In this document: piece by piece, positions 1-11,098 of the stretch
How the letters are laid out: each line of letters starts with the position of its first letter
How positions within the stretch are numbered: the first letter of the stretch is position 1
Assembly: GCA_946965045.2 (NCBI GenBank)
Contig: OX337234.1
Location: forward strand, 744,001 to 808,000
DNA from: Epithemia pelagica
Taxonomy: Eukaryota > Protista > Bacillariophyta
Reading direction: 5' to 3'
DNA length: 64,000 nt
The notes under the pieces: generated by a model
Databases searched by the model: none
Seen by the model: only the letters and a program-made list of their open reading frames with translations
Told to the model about the DNA's origin: nothing
Made by a program: the position numbers and the translations under genes

Positions 1-92
1 AGATTGTTGAGTCTCCACCAGGTCCATCTAACAACGACACCCAACATCAGGGTTTGATTGTTGCATCTCAACGACAAAGAAGGAAGACCACC

Positions 93-3000
93 ATGAGTGA
101 CGAGACTCCTACTCCTCCACCCGGTATCGATTACCGCCCCGATCCGCCGAAGATTGGCGGACTGGTCCGAAGCAAGAAGGACGAATGGGTGGCCTGGACT
201 GGAGGAAAACCCACGTACAAGTGGGATGGGTTAGAGGTAAAGGCGACAGAACCACTGCGAACGATGCAGATACGTACCCTGACAGACAAGAAATACTACG
301 ATCGTATCTCCGGGCCTGACGAAAAGTACAGCAAGAAGACCGGTGATTTTAGCCGTCTCCAGGATGAAATCAAGCAGCACTTGATTAAACACGGCATGGA
401 TTCAATCGCATACCTCCCCAATCCTCATGATCCCAAAGACATGTTGTTCATTGTAATCGAGCACCCAAAATATACGATGAGCAAGGTGAAGGAATTGATG
501 AAGACGCAGATTGTGAGTTATGACAAATACGACAGAAACAACGACGTCAGTGCCCAGGACTACTTACTGGACTGTTTGGAAAAGTCCTTTAGGCACGAAG
601 TTGAGGACCAGAGTCGGGAAGTGACGTGCTTCCCCGAGCTCTTCATGGTCCTTGTCACCATCGTGACACATGATTCCCCGCAGCACTGGGAACAAGTGAA
701 GCACGAGATGCGAGCTCTTGTGCCTCACAAGTACCCTGGCCACGATATTATGGCGTTGACTAAAGATTTTTCGGAAAAAGCGCGACCGTTGATCGCAGCT
801 GGACAGTACGACCACACTCTGACTGGGAACCTCCTAGCTAACATCCTCAAGACTGAATGGCCTGACACGCCTAAGTTCGACCTACTTACTCTGAACAAGC
901 GTGTCAATGACGGTATTATCCATATTCGGTTTCTAGATCGCTCTATCGGAGACAGTCATATGAAGAAAGAGCGTCTTTTGTACACAGATGTTATCGAAGA
1001 GGCGAACAAGAAGTACCTAATCTGTGTCAAGGAAGGTGAATGGTCACCTAAACGAAGTTCTCCTGATTCTAAATCCGTCCCCTCGTCGTTCACCGCTAAC
1101 AAGGCTACAGTTTCGAAGACTAAGAAGAAACGGCATTCTATTATGACTCAAGCTAGTCTTAATGCACTCATTCAGACACTTCGAAACCCGCCGGGTTCCA
1201 ATCCGACTCCAAGCAATGGACCAAACACCCAGCCTGGCTCCAATCACCGCGACAGGAAGGGAAAGCCGATTCACAAGCGTAACAACACTCGCGTTGATCG
1301 ATCGCAGGCTCACCCTTGGAAGAAGATCCCTCCTGCTCCTGGTGCACCTGAGCAGCAGACGATCCAGGGTCAGCGGTGGTTCTGGTGTGGTGTTTGTACC
1401 CGTTGGAACACCTCTCACACCACGGCAAACCATATTGTTGGGTATAAAAAGTCTCCTGGCGACAAGGACAAAGCAAAACCTCGGAATGCCACCCATGCGA
1501 AGAAACTTGAACTCGAAGTATCCGCTTGGCAGACCGAATTCGATCTCGACCAACTTGATCCTCCTGCCTTGCCCGTCGCTGCTTTACCCGACTGTATGTC
1601 CCTTGCCTCTGTGGATTGTTGCGAAGCTCTGATGAATGATGATGATGATTGTTGCGATTCGGTTGATTGTTGCAAGGACACCGTCGACCACTACGTCTTC
1701 TTCACCATTTGGGACATGTCACCATCCGATGACAGCTCGTCCATGGACTGCAGTTCCGATGATGACACTGACCGGACACCGCCTATTCCGTTTGACGAAT
1801 TGCGCCGCATCCTGTCACCCAACAACAATGAACCAACCGCCACCAATCACAACGATAGCGACCACAAGGATGACGACAATGAACCATGCACTTGCAACAC
1901 AGAAACAAAAGAAAAGAAAACAAGCACAAATAATGAAACAGTCTCGATCTGTCGACCTCACAAGGACGATGACAACTCCACTGAAAGTGAAGACAACGAA
2001 GATGAGTATGCTGATATGCCACCACTTGTGGCACAAAAACTCACACCAGTTGTGGCAAACAAAGACTTACCGAGTTCGGCAAGTAACAAGGAAGAAGAAC
2101 AAGAAAAGAAAAAGGGAAAGTTGAGTGGATCGCATGCCAAGACACTGTACTTCGACAGGTGGGACGACATCGATATGTGGTACGGCAGTGACCACAGTCC
2201 CACAGACCAACGTACCTTCTCTAGCGTTGAAGCCAACGCAGCTGTGCACGACAAAAGCTTCGACAGCACCAAGATCAAGCAGGAGGACGAACAGGATAGT
2301 GATGAGAATGCTGGTGGTTTGGACACAACCATGGATACACAAGAAGGATCGCTTATCAGCCATGACAACAGCAGCGACCTTACCCACCTCAAGAACCTGC
2401 AAGAAGGACTCCTGGACGACTCGAAGCCGCCAGCTCTTCGGCGACCCGAGATCTCACCGGTGACGAACCCGACGCCATTGCGCCATGACCAATTCCCGAC
2501 TCCTGCCACTGAAGCTCTCGAGCAGTGGACTCGAGGTTTTGTACCTCAGCCACGTCCACGTGATCCACGCATCTCCATCGAGCAAGAAGCCAACACAGCA
2601 AAAAGAGACGGAATGAGGTACGAAAGGGCGCAGTACACGGTGTACGCTCTTCGACATCAAGAACCAGAACTTACCGTGGCTGTCGCCTACCAGCGAGTCA
2701 AGGACGAAGAATGGTTCGTGGGATGGTTCATTGATGGAACCAGAATCCCGAACCATCCGAATCCAGCTCCCGTCTGGCCCGAGATGAGTGTGCACTCAAC
2801 TCCTCTTCCTTGCCTTCTTCGCTCTCGAATCATGGAGCACCGACCCATTGACCAGAAATATGATCAATTTGTCTCGTTCTTGAATCAGAGTAACGCCACG
2901 CCTTCTCCCGTGAATATTTCCGATCCACCGCCCGTCGATCTACATTCAAGAAGCACAGCGTGTGAGACCTTGGAAAACATGGCTGATGAATCTGTCTCAT

Positions 3001-5318
3001 CCACCTCTTTCGTCGACAACAGTCAACTTGGTGCACTGTACGTACCAACAGATACCAGCGAAACCGACGACGACTCTAGGACCAAAAAGCGCAGCGAAGA
3101 TCCATTTGCAAAATACTATGCCTGTGCTGCAATGGTGGATCTCGACGACACCACAAACTTGCAAGGAGACGATGCTGCAGAAAATGAAGCCGAACTGGCT
3201 CGCCATCCTGACACCATGGATGAGCTGATCACAAGTGCGGCCGACCACTTATGGTTTTTGTATGCTGAGTATTCCCATGCAGCTGACCCGGGACTCAAAG
3301 ATCTTTTGACTCTTCGGATTCAAAATACCCGTCGCATGATTCGCGACATGTGGTATTTTATTCTTGAGTGCGAACAAACACCAGGATCGCCCTACGAACA
3401 TGCGGGATTGAGTCTCGTACATGATGTAGCCTATGAACTGACGAAATGTGGACCAATTTCACCACCGTGGTACAACTTGGATCGCCCCTGTCTTACGGTC
3501 ACTCCCGATCGAGTCTCTTCTAATGACTCCATCTCTACTGTAACTGTTGACCAAGACAGGTCCTATCCTACAGATGACCACGCGAAGGTTTATATGGCTG
3601 CCTTTGACATGTCATACACCGAGTCAACCCGCCGTGGTCGCCCTTACGTGACTCCGCCACGCGCTCCCGCGCCTGTCGACACTACTGTTGACTCAAGATC
3701 CCTGAGCCGTCACATGTTACGTGCTAGCTTCATCACGTTGGTTGTGGTGGTACCCAGTGTCCTCTATCTTCTGCCATCACCCCAACCCTCCACCTATGCA
3801 ACTACAGTCTTCACAGACGGAATGGCCTCTCTCATGTCTAGCTTTGGCTACTACTGGATGGGAACCAAGACTTTATTTTATGGACTATGGGCTTTGCTCT
3901 GGAGCGTTTTGGCCCATCCATCATGCCAACCTGCCTTCTTTTCTTGGCTTTCCTGCTGGATTGTTGTTTTGATCTTGCTTCCCAAGACCATTTCACCCGT
4001 GACAGGCCATCCTTCTCCTTTGTTCAACTCCACATCGACACCTTCCGTCCACCATTTCCGTGCCACTCTCCATCCGGTACCTCCGCCCTCTTCTACCTTA
4101 TCATCTGGTGGATTGTGGAGTGCGGTGAGCAATGGACTGGCCTATGCAATGAGCCGCCGTTTCCCGCTCATTTACATCCGTTTGATTGTTGGGTCGTTTT
4201 GTAAGTTGTTGCATCTGGACTCTTTTGGGTCCACTCACGCTGCTCCTCCGTGTGCACCAGTCAGTACCCGTCCGAAAAGAGGGAAGAACACTGCATTCCC
4301 TTTGAATCACCCTCGTGTCAAGCGAAAGCCGTCGTTTCGATCCGTGACTTCTTCACCGGCACACAAACGAGCAATCCCTCTCCGTCGTCGCGCAACTCCG
4401 TACAACAACAACAACAACAACAACAACTCAGCACGTACCAGGTTTAATCCACCCATGGGAACCCGCAGCTCTGTGATTCCCACGAATAGCTACCAGCGCT
4501 TCCATTACAACAACCGAACCTCGTTCACGACGCCCAATCGTCGTAACAGAAACACCGATAACCACTCACCCACTCGAAGTGAAGCCTTGAGGAGCAACCG
4601 ACAGTCATCAACCCCAAGACAAGTCTTTGGTTTGACTGCATACCTTGAGGAACTCCGCTCCCTCAACGCCTTTCAAGTCTTGGGGAACACACGCAACTAC
4701 GACTCATGGAGGTACATCACTCCTGCTGGCTTGGAAGCGTGCCTTCAGGATCCAATGGCCTTGAGGAGCGCAATGCCGAATGACGCGTCTTATCCCATCA
4801 TCTGGGATAGTGGCGCCAGCATCTCCATCACCAACAACGAAAAAGACTTCGTGGGCAAGATCGAACCACTACCAAACTTCAAGGTGAAAGGCATTGCCAA
4901 TCGCATGAAAGCGATTGGCCGCGGAGAGGTCTTGTGGAGCATCCTTGATTCTTCTGGGAACATCCGACAACTTCGAATTCCTGCTTTCCTGGTACCCAAG
5001 ACAAGTGTCAGACTGTTATCGACACAGAGTTTGCTTCAGACGTATGACGGCGAAAAGATTGTGCAAGACGGTAAAACATTGGTACTCACCGGTTTACCAG
5101 AAGACACAACACGAACACAAGTCACTGTCGTTGTGAATCCGCAAAACAATCTCCCAATGTCGTACGGTTACAACCATGACGAAGTAACCAAGAGTTCGCA
5201 TGCTCTCAACACAATCGTCAACGAAACATCAGAACAAAACAAGAATCTTAGTGAGACACAGAAGGAACTGCGTGTCAATATGGAAAACAAAAGAGACGTC
5301 CATCACCTGGAACCTTGA
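93..5318 (+). CDS. copia 1 ORF1: gag + ~1,000-aa acidic/hydrophobic insert + aspartic protease
   Basis: First ATG at 93 (the track starts at an upstream TTG at 54). Zn-knuckle-like WFWCGVCTRWNTSHTTANH at ~1377-1433. Protease IIWDSGASISIT at ~4797-4830. Runs out of frame after ...TQKEL at ~5270. Confidence 0.85.
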   Translation: MSDETPTPPPGIDYRPDPPKIGGLVRSKKDEWVAWTGGKPTYKWDGLEVKATEPLRTMQIRTLTDKKYYDRISGPDEKYSKKTGDFSRLQDEIKQHLIKHGMDSIAYLPNPHDPKDMLFIVIEHPKYTMSKVKELMKTQIVSYDKYDRNNDVSAQDYLLDCLEKSFRHEVEDQSREVTCFPELFMVLVTIVTHDSPQHWEQVKHEMRALVPHKYPGHDIMALTKDFSEKARPLIAAGQYDHTLTGNLLANILKTEWPDTPKFDLLTLNKRVNDGIIHIRFLDRSIGDSHMKKERLLYTDVIEEANKKYLICVKEGEWSPKRSSPDSKSVPSSFTANKATVSKTKKKRHSIMTQASLNALIQTLRNPPGSNPTPSNGPNTQPGSNHRDRKGKPIHKRNNTRVDRSQAHPWKKIPPAPGAPEQQTIQGQRWFWCGVCTRWNTSHTTANHIVGYKKSPGDKDKAKPRNATHAKKLELEVSAWQTEFDLDQLDPPALPVAALPDCMSLASVDCCEALMNDDDDCCDSVDCCKDTVDHYVFFTIWDMSPSDDSSSMDCSSDDDTDRTPPIPFDELRRILSPNNNEPTATNHNDSDHKDDDNEPCTCNTETKEKKTSTNNETVSICRPHKDDDNSTESEDNEDEYADMPPLVAQKLTPVVANKDLPSSASNKEEEQEKKKGKLSGSHAKTLYFDRWDDIDMWYGSDHSPTDQRTFSSVEANAAVHDKSFDSTKIKQEDEQDSDENAGGLDTTMDTQEGSLISHDNSSDLTHLKNLQEGLLDDSKPPALRRPEISPVTNPTPLRHDQFPTPATEALEQWTRGFVPQPRPRDPRISIEQEANTAKRDGMRYERAQYTVYALRHQEPELTVAVAYQRVKDEEWFVGWFIDGTRIPNHPNPAPVWPEMSVHSTPLPCLLRSRIMEHRPIDQKYDQFVSFLNQSNATPSPVNISDPPPVDLHSRSTACETLENMADESVSSTSFVDNSQLGALYVPTDTSETDDDSRTKKRSEDPFAKYYACAAMVDLDDTTNLQGDDAAENEAELARHPDTMDELITSAADHLWFLYAEYSHAADPGLKDLLTLRIQNTRRMIRDMWYFILECEQTPGSPYEHAGLSLVHDVAYELTKCGPISPPWYNLDRPCLTVTPDRVSSNDSISTVTVDQDRSYPTDDHAKVYMAAFDMSYTESTRRGRPYVTPPRAPAPVDTTVDSRSLSRHMLRASFITLVVVVPSVLYLLPSPQPSTYATTVFTDGMASLMSSFGYYWMGTKTLFYGLWALLWSVLAHPSCQPAFFSWLSCWIVVLILLPKTISPVTGHPSPLFNSTSTPSVHHFRATLHPVPPPSSTLSSGGLWSAVSNGLAYAMSRRFPLIYIRLIVGSFCKLLHLDSFGSTHAAPPCAPVSTRPKRGKNTAFPLNHPRVKRKPSFRSVTSSPAHKRAIPLRRRATPYNNNNNNNNSARTRFNPPMGTRSSVIPTNSYQRFHYNNRTSFTTPNRRNRNTDNHSPTRSEALRSNRQSSTPRQVFGLTAYLEELRSLNAFQVLGNTRNYDSWRYITPAGLEACLQDPMALRSAMPNDASYPIIWDSGASISITNNEKDFVGKIEPLPNFKVKGIANRMKAIGRGEVLWSILDSSGNIRQLRIPAFLVPKTSVRLLSTQSLLQTYDGEKIVQDGKTLVLTGLPEDTTRTQVTVVVNPQNNLPMSYGYNHDEVTKSSHALNTIVNETSEQNKNLSETQKELRVNMENKRDVHHLEP

Positions 5319-8300
5319 GTTCCATTGTAAAAGACAGACGGGGAATAACAAAAGCCGGAAATCTTTACCCTGGTCAGTGTGTAAGCGTAGATCACTTTGT
5401 ATGCTCCACTAAAGGACGCTTATTTACATCCCGAGACAAGTCAAAATCTTCCGACCTGTACATGGGCGGCGCAATCTTTGTAGACCACGCTTCGGGGTAC
5501 ACCTGGATTGGGTTCCAGAGTCATCTAAACACCCATGAGACCCTACGAGTAAAAGACTCATTCGAACTTTTCTGTAGAGATGTGGGAGTTGTGCCCCTAC
5601 AGTATCTAACTGACAATGGCTCTGCCTTTACATCGGCTAAATATACGGAGTCCCTACAAAATTTTGCACAAACTTATCGATTTGCGGGAGTTGGGGCACA
5701 TCACCATGCCGGTATAGCCGAACGTGCAATACAAACCATTATGTCTATAGCAAGAACGATGATGCTACACGCGGCCATACAATGGCCCGAAATGGCTGAT
5801 CCTTCTCTATGGCCAATGGCAGTCGCACATGCAACTTTCTTAAGTAACCATGTCCCAAGCCTCGACACGGGCATAAGTCCCCATGACTTGTTTACACGAA
5901 CAAGATGGGAGCAACGGAAATTCCATGACTTACATGTGTGGGGTTGTCCCGTCTATGTATTGGACAAAGCCATGGCTGACGGTAAGAAGCTTCCACGATG
6001 GAAGCCCCGCTCCACGCGAGGAATTCTCATGGGCCTAAGTACCCGTCATGCTACAACTGTACCACTGGTACTCAACCCCAATACGGGGTATATTACCCCT
6101 CAATTCCACGTTGTCTTCGACGACTGGTTTAGTACAATTGCCACATCCGTTGAAGACCTTCCTGACCTTACCAGTCACGAATGGGACCGACTTTTTGGTG
6201 ACTCACACTACCAATACATTGAGGACGATGATGATCTAGACTATGAGTCTCCAGCTCCACATGATGTTCTACATCATTCCGACTTTGGCAACAAACAGAC
6301 CACCGTAACTCGATCTATTGAGACTCACGACCCCCCTTCCGTCCTCCCTAGTCATTCTAACTCTCCTGGTATCTACCCTCTTAATACTCCTGGCTCTGCT
6401 CCAGGCGAGAAACCGGTGCCGTTGTCAGAGGGAGTAACCCCTCTTTCTCCATCGACGCCCCTTTCTCAGAGGGAAACAGTCCGTACCACTCCTACCAAAC
6501 TACCTACTATCGCAGAGCAACCTTCTCCTATGACCCCTTCTTTGCCTGCACCCCCTTCTTTCGAGCCATCCACTCCTCAGAGGGAGCAACCACAATCACC
6601 TCGCATCCCTACTCCAGCTCCCACACCTGGTCCCACTATGGTGTCTAGGCGTTCCGGACGAACTATTCGACCGCCCAAACGCTATGTGCAAGACCTATGT
6701 AGTTTCCCAGCCTCTGTCCAGTCTAGTGACCTTCTCTCCATGATGAAAGCTTCCATATCAGATCCTGACACCCTCAGTTATGATGAAGCTATGCGAGATA
6801 AGGATCTCACCAAGTGGCAGGCTGCAGCCAGCAAAGAAATCCGAGAACTAGAAGAAAAGGGAACATGGGTAGAGGTGCAGCAGAGTGAAGCAACCACGCG
6901 AATTTTACCCGGTACCTGGGTGTTTAAACGCAAAAGAACCCCTGACGGAGAAATTTCCAAGTTCAAAGCACGATATTGCGTCCGCGGTGACCTCCAGGAG
7001 TCAGAGCAAGAGAACTATTCCCCTGTAGTCAACTGGAGTACTATTCGCATTGTACTCACTCTCAGTCTGATTCTAGGATGGGAACTTGCATGCATTGACT
7101 TCAATAATGCCTTTGTGCAAGCCACTTTGAATGAACCCGTATGGATCCATCTGCCTAGAGGATTTCGATCATCGTTAAAAGGAACTACATGCCTTAGGTT
7201 GGTCAAAAGCCTCTATGGATTGTCATCGGCACCTAGACTGTGGTATGACCACCTAATACAGGCCCTCAAGGAAGACGGATTCCAAATGAGTAAACACGAC
7301 CAATGTTTACTGTACAAGGAAAACATAATCATCTTTCTATGGGTAGACGACTGTGGAGTGTGCGCACCTACAATTACCTTAATTGACGAACTAGTTGAAC
7401 GATTGAAGAAAAAGGGCTTATCACTGGAAAAAGAAGGAAATTTCACCAATTATTTGGGGATCAACTTTGTCCGAGATGAAAAGACCAATTCGATCACCAT
7501 GACTCAAAAGGGACTTATCAACAAGGTAATTGACGCTACCAATATGCAGGACTGCAACCCGAATTGGACCCCTGCTACACAATTAGCATTGGGAAGCGAT
7601 CCTGATGGGGAACCCATGAAAGAGAAATGGCAATACAGCTCTATCGTGGGAATGTTACTGTACCTTGCAACTAACACCCGACCAGATATAGCCTTCGCTG
7701 TGAGCCAAGTAGCACGATTCAACTCTAATCCGAAGAAATCACATGCGGCAGCAGTGAAAACTATAGTGCGCTATCTAGCACGCACCAAGGATAAAGGAAC
7801 CATCTTTACGCCAACTAAAGATTTCAAGCTAGATTGCTATGTAGATGCCGATTTCGCAGGACTACATGGAAGGGAGCCTCAAGACAACCCAGTAAGTGCT
7901 AAGTCCAGGACTGGTTACATTCTTAGCTTTTGTGGGTGTCCTCTTATTTGGCGGTCGCAGCTACAATCATCAGTTGCACTAAGTACCCTCCAAGCCGAGT
8001 ACCACGCTCTCTCCCAAGCCATGCGAAGTGTGATAGCTACAAGACGCGTGATAGAGGAACTTCTAGCAAACCTAGACCTGCCATTTGAGAAGCCGACCAT
8101 CTTCTCTGAAGTATTTGAAGACAATACAGGTGCCTTCTATCTTGCAACTAAGCAAAGATTGACACCTAGGACAAAACACTTCAACACGTACTTACACTTC
8201 TTCTGGGAACATGTAGGTGATCACCCAGGCGGAGTGAAGGTAAGCATGGTAGGAACCGAGGAACAAAGGGCAGATTATTTCACCAAGTGCCAAACTCGGG

Positions 8301-8341
8301 AACTCTTCGAAAAGTGCCGTAAGCTCAATCAAGGATGGTAA
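5270..8341 (+). pseudogene. copia 1 pol (integrase core, RT, RNase H), separated from ORF1 by a frameshifting deletion
   Basis: The frame of ORF 5315..8341 extends upstream as ACQYGKQKRRPSPG (from 5270), the end of the integrase HHCC finger. DDE motifs: FVDHAS, LTDNG, AERAI. RT and RNase H motifs are intact. Confidence 0.88.
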
Positions 8342-8381
8342 ACTGAGTCTACGGCATGTCGTAATTCCCCAATCACTCCAT

Positions 8382-8390
8382 GAGAGGGAG
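8382..8390 (+). promoter_or_regulatory. polypurine tract of copia 1
   Basis: GAGAGGGAG ~40 bp after the pol stop, identical to the PPT of copia 2 (47247-47255). Confidence 0.8.
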
Positions 8391-9158
8391 AGTTAAAGTA
8401 CGGCTAGCTATAGACCTAGAACTACCTTTCGAAGAACAACACCTAGACTCTATGAGAGTACACGTCTACCATGACATAGCTGTGCCATCTGTCCTGCAAG
8501 CTTGTGCGAACACGTGCGTGGACGGCTGACGAAGCTGTGCCCATGTATGTGACATGTCCGAGCCTGCGGCACAATGTTCCCTCTCTGAATAACCCTGGTG
8601 TTTTGTGATACACATTTACATATGCCCACTACTATCTACGACAGGCAAAAGCCGGACGAGCTCCACTCGGAAGCAAAGTCCAGGCTATGTCTCACCTAAA
8701 ACATACACGTCTCCAACTTACAACAAGATTCACCAAAGGATCATGGATACTTGGTTCAAGCCAATAGTTCCGCCTCTATCCCTCACAGTTTGAGTATATG
8801 GAACAGGTTCTATGCACTAAGAGAACAGGTTCCATTAGTCCCTAAACGTAGAGCGTCTGTAGCGCCTTACCTAGAAGTCAAAGATGTTTCTTCACCGGGC
8901 CCAACGATTCGGGAAAAGTAAACTCTTTATGACTGAAAGGAAGTAATGAAAGAGCAATCATGAGAAACAAACACTTTCGATAGAATAAGCTCACTTCTTA
9001 TAAAAACCTGAAAGTTGTAAGCAACCTTTAGGAAGGAGTCAACCATACTAACCTAGTGCAAGGTGAGGGCCCCATCGTGTACCGAGTGAACTGGTTGACT
9101 ACAGAAGTTCAGAGCACTAACCATCACGTCTTACGTTAGTTTTCTACATACATTAAGT
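8391..9158 (+). repeat. putative 3' LTR of copia 1 (~770 bp)
   Basis: Starts right after the PPT. Imperfect terminal inverted repeat AGTTAAAGTA...TACATTAAGT (8/10). Host sequence resumes after it. The 5' LTR is not available to confirm the boundaries. Confidence 0.55.
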
Positions 9159-9163
9159 TGCTA

Positions 9164-10573
9164 CTAGGTACGAAGCGATGTACCTGGTCCTGCATAAATG
9201 GTAAAGTAGCCCTTTGGGAACTCTTGTACATGAGACTCCTCTTGCTGCTCCGATTGCCCCGTATGGGTATCCACTTGTTCAGAAGGACCGAAACTGGGAC
9301 TCCAGCGGGTCAAAGACCCCAAGATAGCCTCTTCTTCAAATCTGATCAGCTCGCGTGGACTAAAACAAACAGTTTCCCTGATTCCATAGAGATCTTCAAT
9401 TCCCATAGATTCCAAAGTGGCGAGGCTCACGACAAAGAATGGCTTGTGTTCCCAGGAGTTTTGGATGAGAAACTCTAAATCTCCATTCACGAGGCGAACG
9501 CCCACGACAAGAACGGAATGGTTGGGGGTGAGAAACTGTGTGGACGGGCCAGCTTGCCACGGCGCGCGAAACAGCAGCTCGTCGCTGTGGACAAGCTCTT
9601 GTGTCACCTTCAATGCCTCAATCATAAGTGCACCGTTTGTCTGGAGCGCATATGAGAAAAAGCTAAAGACCACACGTCCGGTGGCAGGGAAAATTGCAAA
9701 ATCGCGGGTGACCTTTTTCCCGGGATTCTGGTCCTGCAGCAGTCTTTTGACATGAGGCTCTAAATGGCCACAGTCGCCACGAAAGATATTGGAAAAGATC
9801 TCTTCGGGGGAGAATCTGTTTCGCATGTAGCGACAAACATTGACATGTTTGTAATTTGGCTCTTCCCCTTCAACATCATACAAGACGCTAGTACTTTTCT
9901 TTCTTCGTTGAAGTTCTTGAAGTTCGCCCAAGTAGTAAATGGCGTTCGCCACCACGACAGCGTAGCAGATCGTTGAGTCTTCTTGTTGGTATCGTAGAAA
10001 GGGTTTGACACCTACATCAAAAATGGTTACCTTCGTTTCGGTTTTTTCGCTACCCCATTCTGGATGGCGTTCAAGAAAGTCTGCAAATTTCGAATGACCA
10101 GAATCACCGCAGTCTTCTTCGTCGCCCCCCTTCCGGACAAAGGCATCAAGTCTCTTTCCAAATGCTGACTCGGGATCCATTACAGCTTCGATGAGATTTT
10201 GGATGTTACAGTTTGGGTCTTTTCGAATTAGTTCGTGCTGCTTTTTGATCAAGAGAAAGGCCGCCTTGATCTTTTCGATTTCGTTGAGTGTGTTCCATTC
10301 ATGGTGGTTAGCAAGAGAATTCCATTCGGCTGCTATTTCGTCAATAGGACGCTCCGATAACGTTGCTTGGGGTGGCGCATATTGGTTCTGCTCAAAGAGG
10401 TCTCGCACCGTCTTAAGTGGAGTCGTTCGAAAGCGATTATTTTCCAACAGTTCTTCGTCCTTGTCAGCTTCGGTGGACGCCGTTGCAACTTGTCGCGTGG
10501 GAAAGAGATTCTCACCATTGCTGGAGTCCATATACTCAGCAGTCTCGTGATTGTTGGTGGCTTCTTGACTCAT
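9164..10573 (-). CDS. papain-like (clan CA/C1-like) cysteine peptidase, diverged copy 1
   Basis: 469 aa. QQEDSTICYA (Cys), NHSVLVVG (His) and FLIQNSWE (Asn) occur in papain order. No hydrophobic signal peptide. Confidence 0.8.
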   Translation of the reverse strand: MSQEATNNHETAEYMDSSNGENLFPTRQVATASTEADKDEELLENNRFRTTPLKTVRDLFEQNQYAPPQATLSERPIDEIAAEWNSLANHHEWNTLNEIEKIKAAFLLIKKQHELIRKDPNCNIQNLIEAVMDPESAFGKRLDAFVRKGGDEEDCGDSGHSKFADFLERHPEWGSEKTETKVTIFDVGVKPFLRYQQEDSTICYAVVVANAIYYLGELQELQRRKKSTSVLYDVEGEEPNYKHVNVCRYMRNRFSPEEIFSNIFRGDCGHLEPHVKRLLQDQNPGKKVTRDFAIFPATGRVVFSFFSYALQTNGALMIEALKVTQELVHSDELLFRAPWQAGPSTQFLTPNHSVLVVGVRLVNGDLEFLIQNSWEHKPFFVVSLATLESMGIEDLYGIRETVCFSPRELIRFEEEAILGSLTRWSPSFGPSEQVDTHTGQSEQQEESHVQEFPKGYFTIYAGPGTSLRT

Positions 10574-11098
10574 TGTGTAATACTTTCGGTCCTGATCGGA
10601 AAATGAAAAGCAAGAACTCAGATCGTGGACAAAGTTCTACTTGTCATGTTGCGATTTTGGGAATGTGAGGCGTTTCGCAGTTTCGTTTTCGATCGTGGAG
10701 GAAGACATTGCGCCGGGATTAGAAATCTCGAAATCGAGCGACGTGCAGACGCGTTTGCGCTCCTATAACTCCTAATACTTGTGTTGTCTGTTGTGCGCCC
10801 CACACAAAACGATCGATTCTTTTCGCTCGACTTCCTAGGTAGGTCGTAGGAGGTCACCAGCAACAACAAAGTTTGATTGTCGTGTTGTTATCGTGGTGGA
10901 GGAAATGAAATATGCCGGCCGACTAGATCACAACCAGAGACCAGCAACTTCCGGTAATGGACTCAAAACGTGGGTAATCTTTCTACTACTCAGAGTATCG
11001 TCACGATATAACTTCTTCATTATCATACAGTAGTACCTCTGATATGATCATACTAGGTAGATACTTCTTTCGATATGAGGCAAACATCCTGAGTCACG

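Larger units (their letters stand above)
1..9158 (+). mobile_element. Ty1/copia LTR retrotransposon 1 (CoDi-like); 5' LTR lies outside the window; probably defective
   Basis: Domain order is gag, protease (WDSGAS), integrase, RT (FLWVDD), RNase H (YVDADFAG...EAEY...FEDNTGA). PPT GAGAGGGAG at 8382-8390. The right end is inferred from where homology to the peptidase 3' flank resumes (~9157-9160). Confidence 0.9.

Noticed and set aside
1-25. AGATTGTTGAGTCTCC as a tRNA-Leu(CAA) half-molecule PBS for copia 1
   Set aside because: The reverse complement does not form a proper anticodon stem, and the LTR boundary is outside the window.
4404-4427. (AAC)8 poly-Asn run in copia 1 ORF1
   Set aside because: An ordinary in-frame microsatellite.
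5281-5320. Programmed ribosomal frameshift between copia 1 ORF1 and ORF2
   Set aside because: The break lies inside the integrase Zn finger with conserved residues missing. A deletion explains it better, and there is no convincing slippery site at the junction.
11026-11055. TA-CAGTAGTACCTC resembling a Tc1/pogo terminal repeat
   Set aside because: I found no matching inverted end on either side of the Harbinger insertion.
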